Positions 39,778 to 47,907 of a stretch of 64,000 nt of DNA are shown here, piece after piece. Origin of the DNA: Limnochordia bacterium (lineage in GTDB: Bacteria > Bacillota > Limnochordia > DTU080). The position numbers and the translations under genes are program-made. The notes under the pieces are model-generated. The model saw nothing but the letters and a program-made list of their open reading frames with translations, had not been told where the DNA came from and ran no database searches. Every line of letters begins with the position of its first letter. Within the stretch, counting starts at the first letter, position 1. The stretch covers positions 352,001 to 416,000 of the forward strand of contig JBMNJG010000007.1 of assembly GCA_050951545.1 (NCBI GenBank), read 5' to 3'.

Positions 39778-40549
39778 CAGACGAGCAGGTGAAGCCAATG
39801 AATCACGCTGGCGAGTAGAGGCTTTTGTGGTAGGCCTCGTCATCCTCTTCGTATACTGGCAGCAACGATCTACTCATCTGCCATCGCTGGTATTGCCGAG
39901 TCCATCTGACACATGGGCTCGGCTTCGCTTTTTGTGGGGAAGCGGGCTCATCATGAAGGAGCTCGCGATCTCCCTGCGGCGCACTCTAGCTGGTTTTGGT
40001 TTGGCTTATGTGGCGGCACTTGTGGCGGGGATTGGCATGCAGCGCTATCGTCTGGTCCGGTTCTTTCTTCAGCCCTGGTTGACTGCTGTCCAAGTGGTGC
40101 CAGCGGTTATCTGGCTTGTTCTGTCGGTGCTTTGGTTTGGGATCGCCCGTGAGGTGACCCCCATCTTTGTGGTTTTCATTGTCTGCCTGCCTGTGGTGGT
40201 GGTGCAAGTGCGAGAGGGATTGGCTGCCATCCCGCGCGAGTTACTCGACTTGTCCGCCCTGGAGCCCATGGGGACTCTGATGTATACCAGGCATGTGTAC
40301 CTGCCCGCCCTGCAGCCGTTCCTGCTATCTGCCGCCACGTTGGGCTTCTCCTTCGCTTGGCGCTCGGTGGTCTTTGCCGAGTTTGCGGCCAGTAGTTCCG
40401 GGCTGGGTTACCAGCTGAGTCGCTCGTATCACAATCTAGCTACGGACGACGTGTTCGCCTGGACGATTGTGCTGGTCACTCTGATGTGGCTGTGGCAGGG
40501 CCTAGTTGTCGACCGCTGGCGTCAAGCGGGCAACCCGGTGAGCCTTTGA
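39758..40549 (+). CDS. NitT/TauT-type ABC permease
   Basis: LPSPSDTW, SLRRTLAGF, VPAVIW and AWRSVVFAE...GLG motifs. Confidence 0.85.
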   Translation: MMGSTASRRAGEANESRWRVEAFVVGLVILFVYWQQRSTHLPSLVLPSPSDTWARLRFLWGSGLIMKELAISLRRTLAGFGLAYVAALVAGIGMQRYRLVRFFLQPWLTAVQVVPAVIWLVLSVLWFGIAREVTPIFVVFIVCLPVVVVQVREGLAAIPRELLDLSALEPMGTLMYTRHVYLPALQPFLLSAATLGFSFAWRSVVFAEFAASSSGLGYQLSRSYHNLATDDVFAWTIVLVTLMWLWQGLVVDRWRQAGNPVSL

Positions 40550-40699
40550 CGCGCTGCGGGACATTCCCCATCCCACGCGGGGCAAATTGTAACCCAATGT
40601 TAACCCTCATTCTGCCGAACCTGTGGTATGCTGGTAGTGCAGGAAGGCTGGGACCCGTTCTCGGCCGCCTAGTACAGCTATCATAGGAGGAAGGCAATA

Positions 40700-40849
40700 A
40701 TGGTTAAGTGCAAAGACTGCAACACGAAGACCTACGCATTCCGGGAGTATTGCCCGAACTGCAGCAGGAAGCTTACGCGCAGCCATCGTCGATTCCACTC
40801 GAACGCATTGCCCGCGTCTAGCTTCATCCTGGACGTACGGAGCAAGTAG
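40700..40849 (+). CDS. 49-aa zinc-ribbon small protein (not in ORF track)
   Basis: AGGAGG RBS; MVKCKDCNTKTYAFREYCPNCSRKLTRSHRRFHSNALPASSFILDVRSK with CxxC-x10-CxxC; terminator downstream. Confidence 0.7.
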   Translation: MVKCKDCNTKTYAFREYCPNCSRKLTRSHRRFHSNALPASSFILDVRSK

Positions 40850-40907
40850 GACAATGAAAAGTGGGATGCGCAAAAGACGACCCGGAGTCATAGAAGGACC
40901 ACGCATC

Positions 40908-40944
40908 AAGGCCGCCCTCTAGCCAAGAGAGCGGCCTTTGTTTT
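40908..40944 (+). terminator. Intrinsic terminator
   Basis: AAGGCCGCCCTCT / AGAGAGCGGCCTT followed by TGTTTT. Confidence 0.7.
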
Positions 40945-40965
40945 ATAGTGTTGGGGATGGGAGAG

Positions 40966-41802
40966 ATGCTGATGCGCTACGATCCGGAGCATGTGCGTCG
41001 CTACTTCGATGAGTATGGCTCGAAAGAGTGGGATCGTCTCGCTTCCTCGCTAGAGTCTCAAGTGAGTTTTCATCTGCACCAGAAGTACCTGTTGGAGTAT
41101 GTGCATGGCGGTGATCGCGTACTGGAAGTGGGGCCGGGGCCCGGCCGTTTCACTCGAGAGTTGGCAGAACTAGGTGCTCGAGTGGTTGCTTTTGACATTT
41201 CGGCTGAGCAGCTACGTCTGAACCAACAGCGTATGAAGTGTGAGGGCGTAGCAGAGGCAGTCGAAGAGTGGGTTCAGGGCGATGTGACTGATCTTGGGCG
41301 CTTCGAAGATGGCGAGTTCGATGCTGTCGTCGCCTATGGAGGACCCCTGAGTTATGTATGTGATCGGGCTGATCAAGCGATGGCGGAGACGCTACGCGTG
41401 ACTCGAGCTGGAGGTCATGTGCTGCTAAGCGTTATGTCCCATCTGGGTACCACACGGCGTTTTCTTCCTGGAATTGTGGAGATGGCATTCCGGCATGGGC
41501 TAGATAAGGTCGATACGGTCACACGTACAGGCAATCTGCTGGGCGCTGTCGCAAGCGGCCATCATTGCCATATGTACCGTTGGAGTGAGTTGGAAGAGCT
41601 GTTGCAGGGGCACGCATGCGACATTGTCACGGCATCGGCATCTGGTTTCTTGGCCGTCCAAAACGAAGACACGCTAAGGCTGGCACATTCCCGCCTAGAG
41701 CTGTGGGAGACGTTTCTGCAATGGGAAGAGACGCTTTGCCAGGAGGCCGGAGCGCTTGATGGAGGCACCCACATTATTGCAGTGGTATGCAAACAGACCT
41801 AA
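40966..41802 (+). CDS. Class I SAM-dependent methyltransferase
   Basis: VLEVGPGPG, AFDIS, GDVTDL and FDAVV motifs. Confidence 0.88.
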   Translation: MLMRYDPEHVRRYFDEYGSKEWDRLASSLESQVSFHLHQKYLLEYVHGGDRVLEVGPGPGRFTRELAELGARVVAFDISAEQLRLNQQRMKCEGVAEAVEEWVQGDVTDLGRFEDGEFDAVVAYGGPLSYVCDRADQAMAETLRVTRAGGHVLLSVMSHLGTTRRFLPGIVEMAFRHGLDKVDTVTRTGNLLGAVASGHHCHMYRWSELEELLQGHACDIVTASASGFLAVQNEDTLRLAHSRLELWETFLQWEETLCQEAGALDGGTHIIAVVCKQT

Positions 41803-41857
41803 CACACGGCGCGTCGGAGCCGTGTGTAGGCAATGGAAGCCGCGGCTTGGCAGTGAT

Positions 41858-42046
41858 TCACAAACGCGGCACTTTACCACGGTCTTGGCGCTCGCAGGCT
41901 ACGAAATCCTTGCGGTGCTCAAAACGTAGTTCGAGGTGCGGAAGGTATTCCCGCGCGCTGTTGTAGCGTACGCAGCGTTCTTTACGCACCAGGCATTCCC
42001 GGTTACATGCCTCCACAAACTCATGCACAGTGAGAAGCCGTACCAT
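41858..42046 (-). CDS. 62-aa hypothetical small protein
   Basis: GGAGGTGG RBS 6 nt before the ATG; 4 Cys and 3 His. Confidence 0.65.
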   Translation of the reverse strand: MVRLLTVHEFVEACNRECLVRKERCVRYNSAREYLPHLELRFEHRKDFVACERQDRGKVPRL

Positions 42047-42153
42047 CTGCGTCCACCTCCGCTACATACTATTCTAGCGCATAGTGCGCGTCAGTGCTTG
42101 AGTCATTATTCCCATGACAATAGGCCTGGATTGCTGTCCTTATGAGGCGAAGA

Positions 42154-42182
42154 GAAAAGAGGCGCGGTAGCGCCCCTCTTTC
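42154..42182 (-). terminator. Intrinsic terminator after the small ORF 42233-42388
   Basis: AAAAGAGGGGCG / CGCGCCTCTTTT hairpin with U-tract on the minus strand. Confidence 0.7.
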
Positions 42183-42232
42183 CGCAGAAACAAGGCTATG
42201 CGAAGCTGAAATGTTCTGTTGGCGGTACGGCC

Positions 42233-42388
42233 TTAGTAGTCGTCACGGCCAAAACGCTTCTCGTACTGTCTACGACGCATGGCCCTATCAAGGAGTTCAT
42301 CGTAACGCGCTTCATTCACCGCTCTGCGACGAGGTCTCTCCTCAGCCGAGGATTGGTTAACAGCGTCTGGTCTCGTATTCTTCTTCAC
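42233..42388 (-). CDS. 51-aa charged Arg-rich small protein (not in ORF track)
   Basis: GGGAGGG RBS, GTG start; MKKNTRPDAVNQSSAEERPRRRAVNEARYDELLDRAMRRRQYEKRFGRDDY; TGcTATACT extended -10 upstream and terminator downstream. Confidence 0.65.
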   Translation of the reverse strand: MKKNTRPDAVNQSSAEERPRRRAVNEARYDELLDRAMRRRQYEKRFGRDDY

Positions 42389-42634
42389 AGAGAACCCTCC
42401 CACCAGTGAACTACATTAAGTATAGCATACCCAGCTGAGGCAAGATGTTAACATAAGTTTAAATCTCGTTCACACGAAATACATGGAAAACGCCTGGGGT
42501 AAGAGAAAACGATCGTTAAGCATAATAGTGAGAAAACGGGAGATGGCCCTCGCTGCTACTGTAGTGGCCAGGGGCAGTGTGGAGCAGGTCACCCCACACC
42601 GCTCCTGACCAGTCCGTAGGCCCATACTGCGATT

Positions 42635-43678
42635 CTACAAGAACACTTCCTTCCCGGTGCGAGCAGACTCATAGATGCCGAGAATGATCTCCACGGCATG
42701 GCGGGCTTCGCTGCCGACTACCAGGGGATCACGATCTTCGAGTACCGCGTAGACCATGTCCTGAACCTGACCAGCATGGCCTGTAGTAGCGATCCCTGAG
42801 GGATCAGCACTGGCTGCATCCGATTTGCCCGCGAAGCGAGCAATCATCTCTGCTTCAACTTCCTTTTCCTGTGGTCCGCGTATCCGCCAGCGCTGAATCT
42901 TGGCATCGGTCATGTAGATGCTGCCATTCTCACCGTGTATCTGGACGGTCGTGTCTAGACCCGGATAGGCTGCCGTAGTACCGATAATGCTGCCCAGGGC
43001 GCCGCTCTCGAAACGAACGACCGCCACGGCAGCATCTTCTGTCTCAATTGTATGGGCAAAGATGTCGGTCTGGGCGAAGACCGATTTTGCTGGTCCCATG
43101 AACCACTGCAACAGGTCGATGGTGTGTACGGATTGGTTCATAAGTGAACCGCCACCGTCCATCGCCCAGGTGCCACGCCAGCCGCCATCTTTCTCGTAGT
43201 ACTCTTGCGTGCGCCACCACTTGACTTGAACGTTGGCGAGAAATGTGCGACCAAGAGCACCTTGAGTGATGGCCTCTTTGATGGCCTTGCTTGCTGGATT
43301 CATGCGGTTCTGGAAAATAGCGCCCAGTTTGACATTGTGCTTGCGGCAAGCCTCTAGAGCTGCATCGATCTTATCCAAGGTGATGTCCAGTGGCTTCTCA
43401 GCGAGAATGTGTTTGCCAGCTGCTGCTGCCTTCGCAATCATCTCGGAGTGCATTCCACTCGGAGTGGCAATACTGACAACGTCAACGTCGGAACGCTTGA
43501 GCAGCTCATCGAAGTCGTAAATGGCTTCGCAGTTCAGCTCGGCAGCGATGGCATCGGCTTTGCTGCGGTCGATGTCACACACAGCTACCAGCCGGCAATC
43601 CTTTGCCTGGGCTGCAGCGCGGGCATGGGCTCGTCCAACACCCAATCCAACTACTGCATATCCTACCGACTTGCTCAT
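42635..43678 (-). CDS. Gfo/Idh/MocA oxidoreductase
   Basis: YAVVGLG, GKHILAEKP, WRGTWAMDGGGSLMNQSVHTID. Confidence 0.92.
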   Translation of the reverse strand: MSKSVGYAVVGLGVGRAHARAAAQAKDCRLVAVCDIDRSKADAIAAELNCEAIYDFDELLKRSDVDVVSIATPSGMHSEMIAKAAAAGKHILAEKPLDITLDKIDAALEACRKHNVKLGAIFQNRMNPASKAIKEAITQGALGRTFLANVQVKWWRTQEYYEKDGGWRGTWAMDGGGSLMNQSVHTIDLLQWFMGPAKSVFAQTDIFAHTIETEDAAVAVVRFESGALGSIIGTTAAYPGLDTTVQIHGENGSIYMTDAKIQRWRIRGPQEKEVEAEMIARFAGKSDAASADPSGIATTGHAGQVQDMVYAVLEDRDPLVVGSEARHAVEIILGIYESARTGKEVFL

Positions 43679-43909
43679 CTGTGTACCCCCTCAAAATAGG
43701 TCCGTGCCACTTCTTGTTGCAGCGGCACTCAACTATACTTAGCCGCGAAACGTGGCACTCCTGCGCCGTACAGTGATTGAGAGCGCGAAAGAAGGCGCAG
43801 AGTCGAATGTGAGCCGTGTCCCCAGATATGAGAAACGGTAGCAGTGTCCTTGCGAGGTACCGCTACCGTCATTGGAGCGTCTTTGCATGTCTTTTCGTGG
43901 GATGCAGCT

Positions 43910-44485
43910 CTAGGGAAGAATAGCGTCGATGAGCCCATACTCGCGCGCTTCCTCGGGTGTCATGAAGAAGTCGCGATCGGTGTCACGGCTGATGGTCTCT
44001 AGATCCTTCTGCGTGTACTGTGCAAGCAGTTCGTTGAGTCGATCACGCGTGCGCAGGATCTCACGAGCGTGGATATCGATGTCGGAGGCCTGTCCTTGAA
44101 TGCCTCCCCATGGCTGGTGGATCATCACCTTCGCGTTAGGCAAGGCGTAGCGTTTCCCCTTTGTCCCGGCGGCGAGCAAGAAGGCTCCCATGCTGGCAGC
44201 CATACCTACGCAAATGGTACTTACCTCCGGCTTGACAAGCAGCATCGTGTCATGAATGGCGAGGCCAGCCGTCACGCTGCCCCCTGGGCTGTTGATGTAG
44301 ACCGAGATGTCTTTCTTCTCATCTTGCGCCTGCAAAAAGAGCAGTTGAGCGACCACGAGATTGGCCATGTAGTCATTGATAGGACCGCCCAGAAAGATGA
44401 TGCGATCTTTGAGCAGCCGCGAGTATATATCGTAGGCGCGTTCGCCACGATTGGTTTGCTCGATCACTGTTGGTACCAGCACCAT
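43910..44485 (-). CDS. clpP: ATP-dependent Clp protease proteolytic subunit
   Basis: [52 protein letters not shown]. Confidence 0.97.
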   Translation of the reverse strand: MVLVPTVIEQTNRGERAYDIYSRLLKDRIIFLGGPINDYMANLVVAQLLFLQAQDEKKDISVYINSPGGSVTAGLAIHDTMLLVKPEVSTICVGMAASMGAFLLAAGTKGKRYALPNAKVMIHQPWGGIQGQASDIDIHAREILRTRDRLNELLAQYTQKDLETISRDTDRDFFMTPEEAREYGLIDAILP

Positions 44486-44544
44486 GTACTTCCTCCTTCT
44501 CGTCTCAGCACTAGTCTGCAGAAAACAGCCAGCGATTAACCACC

Positions 44545-44561
44545 TCTGACCTTGTCTGACC
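44545..44561 (-). promoter_or_regulatory. CtsR operator upstream of clpP
   Basis: GGTCAGA-CAA-GGTCAGA direct heptad repeat (consensus RGTCAAA-NAN-RGTCAAA) at the predicted transcription start. Confidence 0.8.
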
Positions 44562-44567
44562 ATATAC

Positions 44568-44597
44568 ATTATAAAAGAGCACTCAGGGGAATGTCAA
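44568..44597 (-). promoter_or_regulatory. SigmaA promoter of clpP
   Basis: TTGACA-18 nt-TATAAT. Confidence 0.85.
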
Positions 44598-44674
44598 CGT
44601 AGGAAAGGTGCAGTCGGGCGGTGACTTTGTCTCTGCGTGGTGACAACCCGGTCGACACATCCAGCGTCAACCCC

Positions 44675-44702
44675 TTGACACGCCTGCGACTTCTGTTATA
44701 CT
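44675..44702 (+). promoter_or_regulatory. SigmaA promoter of the tRNA pair
   Basis: TTGACA-16 nt-TATACT with extended TG. Confidence 0.8.
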
Positions 44703-44726
44703 TAGTGATGCACACGATGCATATGC

Positions 44727-44803
44727 CGCGGGGTGGAGCAGCCAGGTAGCTCGTCGGGCTCATAACCCGAAGGTTGTCGGTTCAAATCCGGCCCCCGCAA
44801 CCA
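44727..44803 (+). tRNA. tRNA-fMet (CAT, initiator)
   Basis: Cloverleaf CGCGGGG...CCCCGCA-ACCA with C1:A72 mismatch, three G:C pairs in the anticodon stem, GGTTCAAATC. Confidence 0.95.
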
Positions 44804-44838
44804 AAAGTGATGAGGGTGGCGTGGCCACCCTCGCACAC

Positions 44839-44915
44839 GGCGGTGTAGCTCAGCTGGTCAGAGCATGCGGTTCATACCCGCAGCGTCGCTGGTTCGAGTC
44901 CAGCCACCGCTACCA
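44839..44915 (+). tRNA. tRNA-Met (CAT, elongator type)
   Basis: GGCGGTGTAGCTCAG...TTCATAC...GGTTCGAGTCC...CACCGCTACCA. Confidence 0.92.
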
Positions 44916-44949
44916 AAGACACGACGGCCAAGGGTCTTCGTGTCTTTTT
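44916..44949 (+). terminator. Terminator of the tRNA operon
   Basis: AAGACACGA / TCGTGTCTT stem followed by a T-tract. Confidence 0.75.
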
Positions 44950-45071
44950 GGTATGCATATGCAACCTTGGTGAGCCTGTGTCACAGCTTGTGGGTTCTGG
45001 AAAGGTATATCGCCTGATTCAGCGAAACTCATTAAGCGAAGATACCAGCCGATATGAGGTGAGCCTAGGAG

Positions 45072-45839
45072 ATGGCGTTTAAGCTAGGACTTGTCACGTA
45101 CAACATGGCCAAAGACTGGGACATTGAGACTATCATTGCCAAATGTGAGGCTTTGGGCTACTCCGGAGTGGAGTTGCGCACCACCCATGCTCACGGCGTT
45201 GAGCCTAGCCTTTCGGCGGCTCAGAGGCAAGAGGTGAAACAGCGTTTCTCAGACTCCAACGTGCGTTTGGTCGGGCTGGGAACGGTGTGTGAGTACCACG
45301 CCGTGGATCCTGCGGAGTTGCGGCGACACATTGCCACGACGGTGGATTTTGTGAAATTAGCCGCTGATGTGGGAGCTATAGGAGTAAAGGTAAGGCCAAA
45401 CCACTTTCAGGATAAAGCCGGTGTTCCTCGAGAGAAGACCTTGGAGCAAATCGGCATCGCTTTGCGTGAGTGCGGCCGAGCTGCTCAAGATCACGGAGTA
45501 GAGATATGGCTTGAGGTGCACGGTTCTACCCGCCGACCCGATCACATTCGCCAAATACTGGATACGGCTGATCATCCGAGCGTCGGGGCATGCTGGAACT
45601 CCAATGCCGACGAACCCGAGAACGGATCCATAGCCCGGTGGTTTCGCATTCTGCAGCCGTATATCCGCTCTTGTCACATCAATGAACTGACCACTTCGTA
45701 CCCGTGGCGCGAGTTGTTCATGTTGCTCAAGGAGGCCGGGTACAACCGCTATACCCTGGCAGAGATACCCGAAAGCAGTGACCCAGATCGTGTTCTGAGC
45801 TACTACGCCAAGCTCTGGGGAGAGATGGCCGGTTTCTAG
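45072..45839 (+). CDS. Sugar phosphate isomerase/epimerase (AP-endonuclease-2 TIM barrel)
   Basis: GYSGVELRTTHAHGVE, IWLEVHG, CWNS, CHINEL. Confidence 0.85.
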   Translation: MAFKLGLVTYNMAKDWDIETIIAKCEALGYSGVELRTTHAHGVEPSLSAAQRQEVKQRFSDSNVRLVGLGTVCEYHAVDPAELRRHIATTVDFVKLAADVGAIGVKVRPNHFQDKAGVPREKTLEQIGIALRECGRAAQDHGVEIWLEVHGSTRRPDHIRQILDTADHPSVGACWNSNADEPENGSIARWFRILQPYIRSCHINELTTSYPWRELFMLLKEAGYNRYTLAEIPESSDPDRVLSYYAKLWGEMAGF

Positions 45840-45865
45840 CGTAGCAAACCGGGGGGAGCCGCTGG

Positions 45866-46642
45866 GTGCCTAAGGTGATCGCTATAGCGAGTCAAAAGGG
45901 CGGCGTCGGTAAGACAACGACGACGGTCAACTTGGCCGCCTCATTGGTCGAGATGGGTCGCACGGTGCTAGCTGTGGATCTGGATCCGCAGGGTGGGCTG
46001 ACAGTCTGCTCGGGTCTGGAGCCAGATGCGTTGGAGCGCACTGTGTACGACTGCCTCATGCGAGGCGACAGCGGAGCTACAGTCCGCCAAAGCACAAGCT
46101 ATGGGGCGGATCTGATACCAGCCAATGTGGATTTAGCTTTGGCCGAGCTGGAACTGGTCTCTGCACTGGGGCGTGAGCGGCGGCTGGCAGCCGCATTGGC
46201 ACCAATCTGGGATGAGTACAGCTTCGTATTGATCGATTGTCCGCCGTCACTTGGTTTGCTCACGATGAATGCAGCGGCGATCGCCGACGGTGTGATTGTC
46301 CCCGTGGCGTGCGAGTTTCTGGCCATGCGAGCCGTAGAAGGCATCCTCAAGTTTCTTCGTAAGGTACGAGTCAGTGCCAACAGTCAGCTACAGATCCTGG
46401 GCTTGCTGCCCACCATGTTCGATCGACGCACCCGGCATGCGGATGAGACCCTGCGTGAGCTGCGAGCGAGGTTTCATCCGCGTGTGCCAGTTATTGAGCA
46501 CGTGGTTTACCGCAGCATTCGCTTTGCCGAGGCAGCAGCCAAAGGCGAGTCGATCTTGACCTATGCCAAAGCTGTACCTGGCGCGGAGGCTTACCGCGAT
46601 GTGGCGCGTGAGATCATCGCCTGGGCAGAGCGGGCAGCCTAG
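45866..46642 (+). CDS. ParA/Soj family ATPase (orphan)
   Basis: QKGGVGKTTT, VDLDPQG, IDCPPSLGLLT. Confidence 0.92.
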   Translation: MPKVIAIASQKGGVGKTTTTVNLAASLVEMGRTVLAVDLDPQGGLTVCSGLEPDALERTVYDCLMRGDSGATVRQSTSYGADLIPANVDLALAELELVSALGRERRLAAALAPIWDEYSFVLIDCPPSLGLLTMNAAAIADGVIVPVACEFLAMRAVEGILKFLRKVRVSANSQLQILGLLPTMFDRRTRHADETLRELRARFHPRVPVIEHVVYRSIRFAEAAAKGESILTYAKAVPGAEAYRDVAREIIAWAERAA

Positions 46643-46662
46643 AGTGCCCTCCTTTATGGGCC

Positions 46663-47442
46663 CTAACCGATCGCTGTGTCGAGGATCATCATCAGTACAA
46701 ACCCCGCCAGCAAGGCATGGGTGGCCATCCGCTGGAAGCCTCCAAGACGCATCTCCGGGATGATCTCATCACTGATCACAAAGAGCATCGCCCCTCCAGC
46801 AAAAGCCAGGCCCAAGGGTAGGAGTGGTGCCGCCAGTTGGACCAGGGTAGCCCCAACCAACGCGCCGATTGGCTCGACAAGCCCTGTGGCCAAGGCAATC
46901 AGAAAGGCCTTCTTCTTGCTGTAGCCTTCGCGTACCAGAGGCACTGCTACCGCCAGTCCTTCAGGCATGTTCTGCAGGGCGATGCCAAGGGTAAGCACAA
47001 GACCGTTACCGATGTCTCCGTGGCTAAACCCTACCCCCACCGCCAGCCCTTCGGGAAAGTTGTGGATAGCGATGGCGATCACGAAAAGCCAGATGCGGCT
47101 CAGGCTAGCTGGCAACCCCTCATGCCCGGAGACGAAGTGGACATGGGGTGACAGACGGTCGATTACGCTTAGAAAGATGCCGCCGAGCAGGAGTCCCAAA
47201 CCCGCTGTGACAGCGCCTCTTAGGCCTCCTCCGGCATACTCGATTGCCGGGATCAGAAGGCTGAACGAGGTTGCGGCCAGCATTACGCCAGCGGCAAAGC
47301 CCAGCATGGCATCAAGGATACGTCGTGAGATATCGGGCGCGAAAAAGATAGGTAGCGCGCCTACACCCGTTCCGAGCCCCGCGGCCAGGCTGGCTACTAA
47401 CCCAACCACGACGGTGTTCAACTGACTGAGGCTTTGAATCAA
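46663..47442 (-). CDS. ZIP family (GufA/ZupT-like) metal transporter
   Basis: GFAAGVML, HNFPEGLAVGV, QNMPEG, EIIPE. Confidence 0.92.
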   Translation of the reverse strand: MIQSLSQLNTVVVGLVASLAAGLGTGVGALPIFFAPDISRRILDAMLGFAAGVMLAATSFSLLIPAIEYAGGGLRGAVTAGLGLLLGGIFLSVIDRLSPHVHFVSGHEGLPASLSRIWLFVIAIAIHNFPEGLAVGVGFSHGDIGNGLVLTLGIALQNMPEGLAVAVPLVREGYSKKKAFLIALATGLVEPIGALVGATLVQLAAPLLPLGLAFAGGAMLFVISDEIIPEMRLGGFQRMATHALLAGFVLMMILDTAIG

Positions 47443-47507
47443 GAGATCACCTCATCAAGAAGAGGGGGCAGCTAACGAGACTGCACCCCTCCGTCGCGTC
47501 GTGCAGA

Positions 47508-47891
47508 TCAGGCACGCGGTTTCTTGCGTTCGAACAACTCCAGCTTCTCGCCGTCGGGACCGCGGAAAAAGAGCACACGCATGCCATCCCAGATAGGCAC
47601 TGGTTCCGGGTTGATCAGCTCAACGCCCTTTTCTTGCAGTGCCTTGAAGGCGGCGTCAAGGTCGGTGACAGTGAAGGTGAGATGGTTGACGATGCCGTCA
47701 GTTTTCTCGTAGGCTGCTGTGGAACCCGCAATCAGCTCGAGCTCTGCGTCACCTGCCTTGAAGAAGGCGATCTCTGCTGCGTTGTTTTTCCGTCTCTCCA
47801 CAAGTTCCAGACCTAAGACCTCCTGGTAAAAGGAGATCGAGCGGTCTAGGTCACCGACCATGATACCTATATGCTCCACTTTGACGATCAA
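47508..47891 (-). CDS. VOC family (glyoxalase I-like) protein
   Basis: EHIGIMVGDLDRSISFY...LELI...HLTF...FFRGPDGEKLELFE; TTG start at 47891. Confidence 0.85.
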   Translation of the reverse strand: MIVKVEHIGIMVGDLDRSISFYQEVLGLELVERRKNNAAEIAFFKAGDAELELIAGSTAAYEKTDGIVNHLTFTVTDLDAAFKALQEKGVELINPEPVPIWDGMRVLFFRGPDGEKLELFERKKPRA

Positions 47892-47907
47892 CTTGACTTC
47901 ATCCTTC

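Noticed and set aside
40854-40922. 22-aa ORF MKSGMRKRRPGVIEGPRIKAAL
   Set aside because: Poorly spaced RBS, and it overlaps the terminator hairpin; insufficient support.
44727-46642. Genomic island or plasmid integrated at tRNA-Met (suggested by the neighbouring ParA)
   Set aside because: No integrase, no duplicated tRNA 3' end noticed, and the flanking genes are ordinary metabolic genes.
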